Shown: piece by piece, positions 29,809 to 39,861 of the stretch
How the letters are laid out: every line of letters starts with the position of its first letter
Position numbering within the stretch: the stretch's first letter is position 1
From: Candidatus Anstonellales archaeon
GTDB taxonomy: Archaea; Micrarchaeota; Micrarchaeia; Anstonellales; J096
Reading direction: 5' to 3'
DNA: 64,000 nt
Assembly (NCBI GenBank): GCA_038890745.1
Contig: JAWAFD010000001.1
Coordinates: 188,907 to 252,906 of the forward strand
Program-made: the position numbers and the translations under genes
Notes under the pieces: generated by a model
What the model saw: the letters and a program-made list of their open reading frames with translations, nothing else
Told to the model about the DNA's origin: nothing
Databases searched by the model: none

Positions 29809-29875
29809 GCTATCGCTTTCTTTCTTATCAGAAAAACTTTATAAAGTTGCTATATAAAACAATATAGGGGTTTTT

Positions 29876-30652
29876 ATGAAGCTCAGGGAGAAGTTTATCA
29901 AAAAAGCGCGCGCTGGGATAAAAGAAGCCGGCGAAAAAAAGGATGCCTATCTTGCTAATGTTGAGAGAACGCTCGAAGAAATAGATGAGGTAATAAACAT
30001 TCTTGCGGAGAGGCTTGAAGACTGGTACGGGCTTTACTTTCCGGAGCTTAAAAGCGATGATAAGGCAAGGTACGCATCAATCGTTCTTGCAATAGAAGAT
30101 AGAAAAAATATAGATGTTGATGAGCTGCGCAAGATTGCGGGAAAGAATGCAGAAAAAATTGCTGAATTGGGAAAAAGAAGCAGCGGCGCAGAAGAGTTTG
30201 ACCTCTCAGAACCGAAAAAACTTGCTGGCGAGATTGTTTCTTTGGCTCAGCTTCGCTCCCACTATGAAAAAACTATTGAGAGGATTGCAAAAGAAATCTG
30301 CCCGAATGCAACAGAGATCGCAGGTGGGAGGATAGTTGCAATGCTGATTGCCCATGCCGGAAGTTTGGAAAGACTTTCAAAAATGCCTGCCTCAACCATA
30401 CAGGTTCTTGGCGCAGAAAAGGCACTCTTCAAACATCTTAGGAACAAGAAAAAGATTGCACCCCCAAAACACGGCATACTTTTTTTGCATCAGTGGATAA
30501 GCAAGGCACCGAAAAAAGTTCGTGGAAAACTTGCCAGGACTATTGCGGCAAAGCTCGCAATAGCGTTTAAGGTTGATTATGGAAAGGGAGGGTTTATAGG
30601 TGATAAATTAAAGGCGCAGATAGATAAAAGGAGGAGGGAGCTCCTAAAATGA
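29876..30652 (+). CDS. nop5: Nop5/Nop56 box C/D RNP protein (short form)
   Basis: WYGLYFPEL, PASTIQVLGAEKALF, PKHG. Confidence 0.95.
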   Translation: MKLREKFIKKARAGIKEAGEKKDAYLANVERTLEEIDEVINILAERLEDWYGLYFPELKSDDKARYASIVLAIEDRKNIDVDELRKIAGKNAEKIAELGKRSSGAEEFDLSEPKKLAGEIVSLAQLRSHYEKTIERIAKEICPNATEIAGGRIVAMLIAHAGSLERLSKMPASTIQVLGAEKALFKHLRNKKKIAPPKHGILFLHQWISKAPKKVRGKLARTIAAKLAIAFKVDYGKGGFIGDKLKAQIDKRRRELLK

Positions 30653-31287
30653 TCCGCATCCTCGCGCTTGCAGACCTGCACAATGATGAAATGGTTTTGG
30701 ACCGGCTGAGGGTTTTGGAATCGGATAGAAAGTATGATTATTTGGTTGTTGCCGGTGATGTTACCGGAAAAAATATAAGCTACGCACAGGATTTCATAAG
30801 CATCGTTCAGCAGGTATTCTGGGTTCCCGGGAATAATGAAAGTGAAGAGGTAAGAAGGATGTTTGAGGATGCAAAATTTTCTGTTCATGGAAAAAGGGTT
30901 GAGATAAAGGAAGGGTTTAATGTCGTTGGTTTTGGTTTCTCCACCCCAACCCCTTTCAAAACCCCAGGTGAGATGCCTGAGGAGGAGATATACGCCCATA
31001 TGTCTTCTCTGAAAATAGATGCAAACACCATTCTCATAACGCATTCCCCTCCCCATGGACTTTTTGACAGCATTGGGGAAGGGATAAACATAGGAAGTAG
31101 ATCGATTAGAAAAATCATAGAGGAGAAACAACCCAAGCTTGCGCTATTTGGTCATGTTCATGAGCACTTTGGCAAAGCAAACATTGGAAGGACGATATGC
31201 ATAAAAATACCGCATGCCCCATCCCTCAAAGCTGCTGCTGTTGAAATCAGGCACGGGCATGCAGAAGTGTATTTTGTGGAAATATGA
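30649..31287 (+). CDS. Metallophosphoesterase
   Basis: ADLH, AGD, PGNNE, THSPP, GHVHE. Confidence 0.92.
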   Translation: MIRILALADLHNDEMVLDRLRVLESDRKYDYLVVAGDVTGKNISYAQDFISIVQQVFWVPGNNESEEVRRMFEDAKFSVHGKRVEIKEGFNVVGFGFSTPTPFKTPGEMPEEEIYAHMSSLKIDANTILITHSPPHGLFDSIGEGINIGSRSIRKIIEEKQPKLALFGHVHEHFGKANIGRTICIKIPHAPSLKAAAVEIRHGHAEVYFVEI

Positions 31288-31679
31288 TCAGAATACGCGC
31301 TTTAGAGAATAAAGAAAAGAAGCGAATAAAGCCGTTCATCTCAAAAATATTTCCGAATGCAAATTTTACAATAAAAAATTCTGATGAGATATTTGTTTAT
31401 GAGATAGATTCCTCACCGGTTGCGTTTGCCCACTTAAGGGAATACCTGCGCGGAACTGTCCTTCTCGGTTTTGGTGTTTTGGAGGATTTCAGAGGACAAG
31501 GAATAGGAAAACAACTTCTTTCCTTTGTTGTTAATCTTGCTGAGAAATCCCATAAAACAATATACCTAAAAGTGAGGAAAAACAACCATGCGGCAGTTTC
31601 TCTTTATAAAAGTTTTGGATTTAGAATAATAAAACGCAAGGGCGACAGACTCATAATGAAGCGCGCTTGCTTCAGTTAG
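31284..31679 (+). CDS. GNAT acetyltransferase (RimI-like)
   Basis: FRGQGIG, VRKNNHAAVSLYKSFGF. Confidence 0.88.
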   Translation: MIRIRALENKEKKRIKPFISKIFPNANFTIKNSDEIFVYEIDSSPVAFAHLREYLRGTVLLGFGVLEDFRGQGIGKQLLSFVVNLAEKSHKTIYLKVRKNNHAAVSLYKSFGFRIIKRKGDRLIMKRACFS

Positions 31680-31682
31680 AAT

Positions 31683-31794
31683 GGGGAAGTGGGGTAATCT
31701 GGTTAGCCTGCGAGCTTTGGGAGCTTGCGATCCCGGTTCAAAGAGCCCTATTCAGTTGGATGGTAGAAAGGGCTTGGAAATCCGGGCTTCCCCA
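31683..31794 (+). tRNA. tRNA-Pro(TGG) with 38-nt intron at 59/60 (31743-31780)
   Basis: Acceptor GGGGAAG/CTTCCCC, anticodon arm CGAGC-TTTGGGA-GCTTG, BHB TTCA-AAG / TGGA-AAT. Confidence 0.93.
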
Positions 31795-31835
31795 CTAAAC
31801 CTCGGGAGGAATACCGATGTCGTTTGCCGAAAGGC

Positions 31836-31899
31836 TTACTTAAGTTATTTTTAAATTTACTTAACCTAACTTAAGTAAAATCCAAATTTACTTAAGTTT
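31836..31899. promoter_or_regulatory. Array of ACTTAAG palindromes upstream of the ATPase gene
   Basis: ACTTAA(G/C) at 31838, 31859, 31869, 31890 (spacing 21/10/21), forming two 31-bp tandem units. Confidence 0.65.
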
Positions 31900-31926
31900 A
31901 AAAATTTTTAGGTTATACATCCACAT

Positions 31927-32982
31927 ATGTACTTTGAAATAGAACCTAAAAGTAAGAAAAAAGATTTTTTTAACTATGAAAACGAATACGAGCAGATAAA
32001 AAAAGCATTGGAAAGAAAGGAAAAGATAATAGCCGTAGTGGGTGTAAGAAGGGTGGGGAAGACCAGCCTACTCAATGTGATCTACAACGAATCAAAAAAT
32101 CTTAAATTGTGGATAGATGGTAGAATTGTCAAAAATCCTAAAAAGGAGTTGTTGGCTGCTATTTATGAAACTGCGAAAGGAGGCAGGTCTAAAATATTTG
32201 GTAGGATAGAAGGATTAGGGGTATCTTTTTTTGGATTGGGTTTTGATATAAAATTAGAAAATAAAACAATAACCGAAATGGAGAAAAAGATAAAGAATTC
32301 TGGCAGGATGTATGTGTTTATAGATGAAGCCCAGAGAATGGAGGGAGAAGAGCTGGGAGATGTTCTGTCATATTTTTACGATCGATTGCCAAATGTCTCT
32401 TTTATACTTTCGGGAAGCGAGATAGGATTGATGGAAAAGGTTATAGGTGAAAAGGATGCTCAACATCCCCTGTATGGTAGGGAGATCACAAAGATACACC
32501 TTAAAAGGTTGGATAAGAACAGATCGATGGAGTATTTGAAGATTGGTTTTAAGCAGCTAGGTTTGAAAATAGAAAAAGAGGAAATCGAGAAAGCTGTTGA
32601 AGAGCTTGATGGTTTAATAGGATGGCTTACTCTGTATGGATATGAGTCCGGAATCAAAAAGGATAGGAATGCCCTTGAAAGAACAGTAGAGAGAGCAGCC
32701 ATGATCGCAGCTTCTGAACTCAATAGTTTTCTCAAAAATGCTAGAGACAAAAAATTGTACCTAACCATCCTTAGAAATTGTGTAGGGGTTGGATGGGATG
32801 AGCTCCATTTTCGCGTGAGTAAAGGAATTGGCAAACAGATCAATCCGAATCTTTTTAACTTTTGTTTGGAAAGGCTTTTGACATACTCGTTTGTAGAAAA
32901 AAAGAATAAAAAGTACTATCTCGCTGACCCGATTTTGCAGAAATCTACATTTTTGCTTAGGGGCCATGGAATGATGGTATGA
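31927..32982 (+). CDS. Archaeal AAA+ ATPase (ATPase_2-like) with probable C-terminal wHTH
   Basis: GVRRVGKTS, FIDEAQ, LSGSEIG, PLYGR, DGLIGWL, YYLADP. Confidence 0.9.
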   Translation: MYFEIEPKSKKKDFFNYENEYEQIKKALERKEKIIAVVGVRRVGKTSLLNVIYNESKNLKLWIDGRIVKNPKKELLAAIYETAKGGRSKIFGRIEGLGVSFFGLGFDIKLENKTITEMEKKIKNSGRMYVFIDEAQRMEGEELGDVLSYFYDRLPNVSFILSGSEIGLMEKVIGEKDAQHPLYGREITKIHLKRLDKNRSMEYLKIGFKQLGLKIEKEEIEKAVEELDGLIGWLTLYGYESGIKKDRNALERTVERAAMIAASELNSFLKNARDKKLYLTILRNCVGVGWDELHFRVSKGIGKQINPNLFNFCLERLLTYSFVEKKNKKYYLADPILQKSTFLLRGHGMMV

Positions 32983-33635
32983 AAGAAAAATTTTCAGGCG
33001 TTTTTGAGGAGAAAAAAGAGCTTTACACGCTCAACATGGTTAGGGGGGAGAGGGTTTATGGTGAAAAACTGATTGTTGCTGAAGGAAAGGAATACAGAAG
33101 ATGGGACCCTTTCAGGAGCAAGCTCGCTGCCGCAATAAAAAACGGGCTGAAGAATTTTCCCTTCTCTAAAAAAACAAAACTCCTTTATCTAGGCGCGTCA
33201 ACAGGAACAACGGTAAGCCATCTTTCTGATATTATAACAGATGGCGAGATATACGCTGTTGAGGTCTCGCCTCAGGCGATGAGGTCTCTCATGGAGGTTG
33301 CTGAGAAAAGGGAGAACATAGTTCCCATCCTTGCGGATGCAAGAAAGCCAGAATCCTACGCTGAGATAGGTAAAGTAGATGGAATATACCAGGATGTTGC
33401 CCAGCCTGACCAGGATGATATTTTAATTTTGAATTCAAAAAAATTTTTAAAAAAAGGCGGGTATGCTTTCTTCTGCGTCAAGAGCCAGAGTATAGATGTC
33501 ACAAAAAAACCAGAAGAGGTTTTTGAGGATGTTAAGAGAAAAATTGAAAAATATTTTGAGATAGAAGAAGAAATCCGTTTAGAGCCTTATGATAAGGACC
33601 ATCTCCTTCTTGTTTTGAGGTTTAAGGGTTTTTAA
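32979..33635 (+). CDS. flpA: Fibrillarin rRNA/tRNA 2'-O-methyltransferase
   Basis: VYGE, WDPFRSKLAA, LYLGASTGTTVSH, DVAQPDQ. Confidence 0.96.
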   Translation: MKEKFSGVFEEKKELYTLNMVRGERVYGEKLIVAEGKEYRRWDPFRSKLAAAIKNGLKNFPFSKKTKLLYLGASTGTTVSHLSDIITDGEIYAVEVSPQAMRSLMEVAEKRENIVPILADARKPESYAEIGKVDGIYQDVAQPDQDDILILNSKKFLKKGGYAFFCVKSQSIDVTKKPEEVFEDVKRKIEKYFEIEEEIRLEPYDKDHLLLVLRFKGF

Positions 33636-33689
33636 TGGTTTTTAATGTTATCTATAATGTTTAAAAATGTTTTCTTACTACGTTATATC

Positions 33690-34619
33690 ATGCGTTTCAT
33701 GCGGAATCTGACAAAAGAAGAAAAGGTTATGCTTGATAGAAAGATAGAGGAAGTTCTGCCCATGATTGAAGACATAACCGGACTAAAATTTAAAGCAAAA
33801 CCAGAGGTAGAGGTCTCATGGAAGAAGCCGTTTATTACCACGGTTAAGGCATTTTTTTACCTCTGGCCAACTGTGAAAGGACTTAGTCGTTGGTTAAACC
33901 TAAGAACGCTTCGAGAAGGAGGGATGGCAATCCAATACCCAGAAAGCAATTCAATATGGATAAACCCAAAGCTTGGAAGCGGTCTGGAACCAATCTTGGT
34001 CCATGAGTTGGTCCATGTTTTGGACTATCAAAATTCCACACATCCAGTACTTAAGATAGCAGCAACCACAAGAAGAGAGCTTGTGCCTCTTAAATCTAAT
34101 TATCAATTTGACCTCCTAAGGGCTTTGACAGAGGGAAGAGCGACCTTCCTCCAGTATTTCTATGCTAAAAGAGATTTAGACAGTGTGTACCATATGGCCG
34201 CGCCTGGGTTTGAAGGCTTTAAGGAAAAAAAGAAGCTTTTGCCATTGGACATTTTAACTCATTTTGGTTCATGGATTTGTTTAGGTATGGTTTCAGGTAT
34301 AGTTTCACTAATTCCGTTGTACTATTTCTGGACATCTAGGAATGCAGCAGGGGTGTTATTCTCAAGTTTGCTGCCCGCAGTATACCTCCTCGCCACAGCA
34401 AAAAGATATAACCCCTATATGCTTCAGCTATTCGTCAAGCCAATCCATCGTTTGATCATTCTTGATCCATACTCACCAGGTTTTTATTTTATGGCAAGCG
34501 TTGCAAAGGAGATAGGGGTAAAGGAAGCATTTCAGATTACGCTTCAGAACCCTCCATCGAGCTTGGAAGAGCTGATGGAGCCGTGGAGGTATGTGGAAAG
34601 GATAACCCGACCTAGCTAA
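33690..34619 (+). CDS. Zincin-like metallopeptidase with an inserted TM hairpin
   Basis: LVHELVHVLDYQN, TEGRATF, DPYSPGFYF...NPPSSLEELMEP; paralogue of 13427-14347. Confidence 0.75.
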   Translation: MRFMRNLTKEEKVMLDRKIEEVLPMIEDITGLKFKAKPEVEVSWKKPFITTVKAFFYLWPTVKGLSRWLNLRTLREGGMAIQYPESNSIWINPKLGSGLEPILVHELVHVLDYQNSTHPVLKIAATTRRELVPLKSNYQFDLLRALTEGRATFLQYFYAKRDLDSVYHMAAPGFEGFKEKKKLLPLDILTHFGSWICLGMVSGIVSLIPLYYFWTSRNAAGVLFSSLLPAVYLLATAKRYNPYMLQLFVKPIHRLIILDPYSPGFYFMASVAKEIGVKEAFQITLQNPPSSLEELMEPWRYVERITRPS

Positions 34620-35701
34620 ATATACCCCAAAAGATGCGCGACCATCAAGAAGAATACCCCTAGCAACAGGATCCCAGAAATTAGATGAATGGTTCTTATA
34701 TACTTTTCCTTTGTTTCGCTTATTTTCTGCACTGTTGCATACCCAGTAACGATTAGGGCAGTAATCATAACCATTGGAAGAACAAAAAACAGATTATACA
34801 CTAGTAGATACATGATATGGAGCGCGCTGGCCTCTTTTGCAAGAAGCCCAAGAACCATAAGATAAGGACCAGAAGAGCATGGGAGTAAAAACAAAGAGCA
34901 CAGAACAGCCGCGACAATCACACCAGGTAATGATGTTGCTTTTTCTATTGCTTTTTTTGCATAAGGCCTGAGAACCATTGGCATCTCAACAGCAAAAAAT
35001 CCAGGCTTATAATTAAAGTATGCATTTATCTCCATGATTGCAAGAACGAGCGCGAGAACTGTCACAACAGTAAAAAATATTTCAGTAAGTCCTGATGTTG
35101 TCACAACCCTAAGTATCCCGAGCCCAAAAAGCAAGTACATCACAAACACGGTTCCAGTAAAAACAATTCCAGCAAGAAGGGTTTCTTTCCTTCCCTTCGA
35201 GAGCAGTATCACAGCCAAAAGCATTGCCATCACTGCAAGCGTGCATGGGTTTATGGAATCAACAAGCGCAGCGGCTATCAGCACGCTCCATGTTAATCCC
35301 GCGCTCGGTTTGCTCACGATGTTTGAAAAATCATTTGCGCTGTAAACTCCTTCCAAACAATTCCCGGCGAGGCACTGCTCAAAAACATACTCCCAGTATT
35401 CCTTTGGCATCTCACCTATTACAAGCATCTTATTATTTACGAGTGTTGTGGGGACTCCGCCGGAATACGGATTAAATCTAAACCTTTCATACAGCGCAAA
35501 CATCTCATTCCTATTTTCATAGTTTTGATACACCTCTTTTTCAACAATGTTTAGGGTATAGTTTTTTTTCAGTTCTTCAAAAACAGCTTCTGTCCTTGCG
35601 CAGTGCGGGCATCCAACACCATAGTAGAATGTGATGTTTATCTGCTGTGCAAAAAGTACACTCAACAAAGCAAAAAGAAAAAACAAATTCCTTATCTTCA
35701 C
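34616..35701 (-). CDS. Thioredoxin/glutaredoxin-CcdA(DsbD)-like fusion
   Basis: Signal peptide, GCPHC, GVPT, DSINPCT, LPCSSGPY, several TM segments. Confidence 0.88.
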   Translation of the reverse strand: MKIRNLFFLFALLSVLFAQQINITFYYGVGCPHCARTEAVFEELKKNYTLNIVEKEVYQNYENRNEMFALYERFRFNPYSGGVPTTLVNNKMLVIGEMPKEYWEYVFEQCLAGNCLEGVYSANDFSNIVSKPSAGLTWSVLIAAALVDSINPCTLAVMAMLLAVILLSKGRKETLLAGIVFTGTVFVMYLLFGLGILRVVTTSGLTEIFFTVVTVLALVLAIMEINAYFNYKPGFFAVEMPMVLRPYAKKAIEKATSLPGVIVAAVLCSLFLLPCSSGPYLMVLGLLAKEASALHIMYLLVYNLFFVLPMVMITALIVTGYATVQKISETKEKYIRTIHLISGILLLGVFFLMVAHLLGYI

Positions 35702-35715
35702 TTATACCACCAAAT

Positions 35716-35817
35716 TCCCGTCGGGCGGACTTGAACCACCAACCTGCCGGTCTCCACAGGCACGTTTGCCCTGCGCTGAAGCTACAGCCGGCCGCTCTAC
35801 CGTTGAGCTACGACGGG
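35716..35817 (-). tRNA. tRNA-Tyr(GTA) with 30-nt canonical 37/38 intron (35752-35781)
   Basis: C1-G72 acceptor CCCGTCG/CGACGGG, GCCGG-CTGTAG[intron]A-CCGGC, GGTTCAAGTCC. Confidence 0.94.
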
Positions 35818-35857
35818 TTAAACGTATTATACCCTCTATATAGAGTTGCAAAACAAA

Positions 35858-37441
35858 TTAAAAGGTTTGGCTTATTTCACCGAGCAATACCCTCTGGAAC
35901 TCTATCGGATACCATGCATCCAGAGCCTTTATCGCAAAGTCAAGCTTCTCCTCGCTCTCAGCATATATATCAAACAGTATATCTCCTTTCTCAACCCTAT
36001 CCCCTTTTGCTCTGTAAAGGTATATACCGGCTCCTTTATCCGTAGGCGCACCCGCAGCCCTCGCAATCTTAGAAATTTTCTTATTATCTATATGGGCTAT
36101 CTTTCCGCTCCTATCTGCTTTTACAGAATATTTATGTTCTCCTAAAGGAATAGTATCTGATCTTATGTTCGGATTTCCTCCTTGCGCTTCTATTATCTCC
36201 CTCATTTTCTTTAATGCCTTTCCGCTCAGGATGAAATGCTCTGCAACAGCATACCCATCTCCCTTTGCAACCTTACCGGCCATTTCCAACAATTTACCGG
36301 CAAGAAGTAAACTCTTATGTTTAAGGTCCTCAGGTCCCCTTCCCTCAAGAACCTGCAAAACATCCCTTGCCTCAAGTGCCGGCCCTATCCCATTTCCAAC
36401 CGGTTCAGACCCATCCGTAATCAACACATCTATGTTCATGTTTATCATTTTTCCTATTTTTATGAAATCGTTCGCAAGCTCCTTTGCCTTCTCCAAATCC
36501 TCTATTTTTGCGCCTATGCCTACCGGAATGTCTATTACAACATGCTCCGCGCCAACAGCCTTTTTCTTTGCAAGTATGCTTGCAAGAAGAACACCCTTCG
36601 GGTCCAAGCTAAGCGGTCTTCTTATCTTTATGAGCTTATCATCGGCCGAGGCTATGTTTATTCCCCCTCCCCAAACTATCGCCCCATGCACCCTACTTAC
36701 TATATCCCTCATTTCATTCATCTTTATGTTTACATTTGCAAAAACTTCCATCGTGTCTGCGGTTCCAGCCGCAGAGGTAATTGCCCGGGAGGATGTTTTT
36801 GCTATATACAGGCCAGCTGCGGCAACGATTGGCACAATCACCATTGTTGTTCTGTTTCCAGCAACCCCACCTATGCAATGTTTATCCACTATCGGGGATT
36901 TTCCCAATTGAAGCATTTCTCCAGATGCGGCAATCGCATTTGTAAGTGCAACCGTTTCCCTATCGGTCATCCCTCGTACATATGTAGAAGCTATCCACAT
37001 CGCGAGCTCGGGTTCATCCAATTTATTTGCCATCAGATCGCTTATCACTGATTCGATCTCCTCAGCAGAAAGCTCATTTCCATCGAGTTTTTTCCTTATC
37101 GATTCTAAACTTACTGGCGTTGGGATGTGCTGTATCTCTATTATGTCCCCATCATGTAGATCCAGCTCCTTTGCCACATCCTTAAAAACACCTATCTCCC
37201 CTGCTTTCACCATCTCGCTGCTGAGGTCCACTATTGCAGTGTGATCCTCACCCCGAATTCTCAAACCTATCCTTTGCCCAGGGTAGATTTCATTCTGCAT
37301 AGCTTCCCTGTCATTCAAAACTATTATTCTTTTTCCTGTAAAAATATCTATTGTTTTAACCTGGCAGATATACTTTTTGTATTTCCATACCTCCATCTCT
37401 TTTTTCTCTCTTTCAGAGGGTGCTTCGACATAATCCGCCAT
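35858..37441 (-). CDS. deoA: AMP phosphorylase
   Basis: N-terminal extension, DKHCIGGVAGNRTT, KTSSRAITSAAGTAD, GIGPALEA. Confidence 0.94.
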   Translation of the reverse strand: MADYVEAPSEREKKEMEVWKYKKYICQVKTIDIFTGKRIIVLNDREAMQNEIYPGQRIGLRIRGEDHTAIVDLSSEMVKAGEIGVFKDVAKELDLHDGDIIEIQHIPTPVSLESIRKKLDGNELSAEEIESVISDLMANKLDEPELAMWIASTYVRGMTDRETVALTNAIAASGEMLQLGKSPIVDKHCIGGVAGNRTTMVIVPIVAAAGLYIAKTSSRAITSAAGTADTMEVFANVNIKMNEMRDIVSRVHGAIVWGGGINIASADDKLIKIRRPLSLDPKGVLLASILAKKKAVGAEHVVIDIPVGIGAKIEDLEKAKELANDFIKIGKMINMNIDVLITDGSEPVGNGIGPALEARDVLQVLEGRGPEDLKHKSLLLAGKLLEMAGKVAKGDGYAVAEHFILSGKALKKMREIIEAQGGNPNIRSDTIPLGEHKYSVKADRSGKIAHIDNKKISKIARAAGAPTDKGAGIYLYRAKGDRVEKGDILFDIYAESEEKLDFAIKALDAWYPIEFQRVLLGEISQTF

Positions 37442-37465
37442 AGTAGAGAATATTGCCGATTGTTT

Positions 37466-38008
37466 TTAAACCTTTTTCTTTTTGCCGTTATTTTTTCCTT
37501 CATTTTCTATTACAACAACATCTTCAAGCGTAATCATATGATCTGTTTTTTCTCCGTACATCATTCCTTTCTTTTCCGCAGCTTTTTTCATTTTCAGTTT
37601 TTCATACAAACCTTTAAGCTCCTTGCGTATTGTTTTTAGTTTCTTTTCGACCTCATCTGTTTTTACCTTTATTTCGTTCAGGTCGTTCTCAACAAGCTTA
37701 AGTTTTTTCCTTGCCCTGAAAACACTTTTGTACTTGGATAGCTCCTTCTCTAGCTCCATTATCTTTTTCACAATCGCCCTTTCCATCTGGGGGGTATGAG
37801 CCTGCGTGGCAACCTTAAACTCAAGCCCCTTAAGCTGCTTCATCAGATTATCTACCCGTACATCCTTTGTTTTTTCAACAAAAGGAAGAAGCGCCTTATG
37901 CTCCATGGTTTTGTACCTAAGCCGGTTGTTAAGTGTTTTTATCTCCTCTATCAGCGCCTTCTTTTCTTCCTCAAGTTGCTTTATGCGCTCTTCTATTTCG
38001 CTTCCCAT
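37466..38008 (-). CDS. Archaeal coiled-coil protein
   Basis: Heptad-rich; LEFKVATQAHTPQMER. Confidence 0.78.
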   Translation of the reverse strand: MGSEIEERIKQLEEEKKALIEEIKTLNNRLRYKTMEHKALLPFVEKTKDVRVDNLMKQLKGLEFKVATQAHTPQMERAIVKKIMELEKELSKYKSVFRARKKLKLVENDLNEIKVKTDEVEKKLKTIRKELKGLYEKLKMKKAAEKKGMMYGEKTDHMITLEDVVVIENEGKNNGKKKKV

Positions 38009-38085
38009 GAGATCACATAACCAGCCAGTTTTTATTTTATACTATTCAGCAATAGCTTTAAAAAGTATGATGGAAATTCCTTTTC

Positions 38086-38793
38086 ATGCTTTCAGTCATT
38101 CTTGTTGAGCCAGAACGAGAAATAAATGTTGGTATGGTTGCGCGGGTGATGAAGAACACGGGTTTTTCCGACTTGATAATAATAAACCCAAAATGCAAAA
38201 TTGGAAAAAAGGCGCTCATGTTTTCAAAACACGGCTCGGATGTTTTGAAAAATGCAAAAATTTTCAAAACCATAAATTCAGCAGTGAGAAATTTTGATTA
38301 TGTAATAGGAACTACGGGTGTAGTAAAAAGACATAAAAAAACAGATCGTGCTGTTATTCCTTTACAGAAGTTTCTTAAACGTGCGGGCCCGTACCTTTCC
38401 CGCAGGACAGCGATTGTTTTTGGAAGAGAAGGAATAGGGCTCACCTCTCAGGAGATAGACCTATGCGATCTTTTACTCTCCATAGAAGCAAACCCTTCCT
38501 ACCCGGTTTTTAACATTTCGCATGCAGCTGCGATAATTCTCTACTCCCTTTCGCAGAACAAAAACAAAAAGCCCACCGGCATAGAACCGCTGGCAAGCAA
38601 GGAGGAAAGGAAAAAACTGGAGCTTCTTTTTAGACAGATATCCTCATGCTACCCCCTGAGAAATCCTCGCAGGGTGAATGCTTCCTGGAAAAAGGTACTC
38701 TCAAAATCCATGCTAACTGAAAAAGAAGCGCGTTCCCTGCTTAAAATTTTCCGTCTCATTTCAGATGACATTAGCAAAATTAAAAAACATTAG
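38086..38793 (+). CDS. trmJ: TrmJ/LasT SPOUT tRNA methyltransferase
   Basis: ILVEP...NVGMVARVMKN, FGREGIGL, YPVFNISHA. Confidence 0.92.
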   Translation: MLSVILVEPEREINVGMVARVMKNTGFSDLIIINPKCKIGKKALMFSKHGSDVLKNAKIFKTINSAVRNFDYVIGTTGVVKRHKKTDRAVIPLQKFLKRAGPYLSRRTAIVFGREGIGLTSQEIDLCDLLLSIEANPSYPVFNISHAAAIILYSLSQNKNKKPTGIEPLASKEERKKLELLFRQISSCYPLRNPRRVNASWKKVLSKSMLTEKEARSLLKIFRLISDDISKIKKH

Positions 38794-38808
38794 CATAGAA
38801 TATTTTGT

Positions 38809-39861
38809 TTGATGAAAAGAAAGGAGCTCGAAAGGTTGATTTCTCTTACATTCGATGAATCACCGCAGGTAAGAAAGGATGCTGCGGTTCGGCTTGGTGA
38901 GATAGATGACCCGGCAGCAATATTCGCCCTCCTTGAGCTAAGCTACGATAAAGAACCAGAGGTGAGCCAGACGGCGAGAAAGATACTTGAGGAAAAAAGA
39001 AACGGTGACACAACAGAGACGATTTCTTTTGCAGAACTTTTTGAAGCGGGTGCAGAAAAGCCCAAAAAAGAAGTTTTTGTTCCATCAACTAAGAAGAAAA
39101 AACTCCTAGAACCTATAGAAAAGCTGTTTGAGAAAAAACTCGGGAAGGAGAAGGGAGAAAAGATAAAGGCAAAGATGATGCCCGCGATAGAGCGCATATA
39201 CGATAATGTTGTGGAAAAGAAGTTCGATGAGAAGAAAGTCCAGAACCTTCTTACAAGCTATCTCGATGCAATCGGAAGCATGCCAGAGAAGGATATCGAA
39301 TCAATAGGAAAGGTTGAGGAGCTTGAGAAAATAGAAGAGAATTTTGAAAAGGAGGAGGAGCTGGAAGAGCCGGAAAAACTATCCGAAAAACCAGAGGGGG
39401 TTGAGCCAACCATTTTCCGCCATGCTCTAGAGGTTATGAAAGAAAGCGAGGGGGATGAAAACATAATGCTGCGGGAGATGAAGAGGCTCAAGAAATACAT
39501 GAGCGACCAGATAGACCTCGCTTTCAGCGTTGCGAAGAGCAGGTTCAAGCAGGTTCATATTACTCATCTGACTGAAATAAAGGATGGGATGAGAAACATA
39601 AACACAGATGAGCTCTTTGTTGTAGATGTTCAGCACGGAGAATACCAGAAAACAAAAACAAGAAAAGAGCTTTACACCAGAATTCTTGTCCGGGATGGGG
39701 AGGGCAGCGAAGGGGTCATATACCTTTTTGAAGGCCGGGGGCAGTTTGTAAAACCCGGAATGAAAATAAAGGTTGTCAAAGGGGTTGCAAAAACATTCAA
39801 ATTCTCAGGTGAGACCGCACTTACGGTTACAAAGAGCGGTAACGTTTATATTGTTCTTTAA
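38809..39861 (+). CDS. HEAT-repeat protein with C-terminal OB-fold-like domain
   Basis: DESPQVRKDAAVRLG N-terminus; ILVRDGEGSEGVIYLF...PGMKIKV C-terminus. Confidence 0.75.
   Translation: MMKRKELERLISLTFDESPQVRKDAAVRLGEIDDPAAIFALLELSYDKEPEVSQTARKILEEKRNGDTTETISFAELFEAGAEKPKKEVFVPSTKKKKLLEPIEKLFEKKLGKEKGEKIKAKMMPAIERIYDNVVEKKFDEKKVQNLLTSYLDAIGSMPEKDIESIGKVEELEKIEENFEKEEELEEPEKLSEKPEGVEPTIFRHALEVMKESEGDENIMLREMKRLKKYMSDQIDLAFSVAKSRFKQVHITHLTEIKDGMRNINTDELFVVDVQHGEYQKTKTRKELYTRILVRDGEGSEGVIYLFEGRGQFVKPGMKIKVVKGVAKTFKFSGETALTVTKSGNVYIVL

Noticed and set aside
36165..37051. Long plus-strand ORFs of 248 and 244 aa
   Set aside because: Antisense shadows of AMP phosphorylase; the same applies to the many short shadow ORFs in the track.
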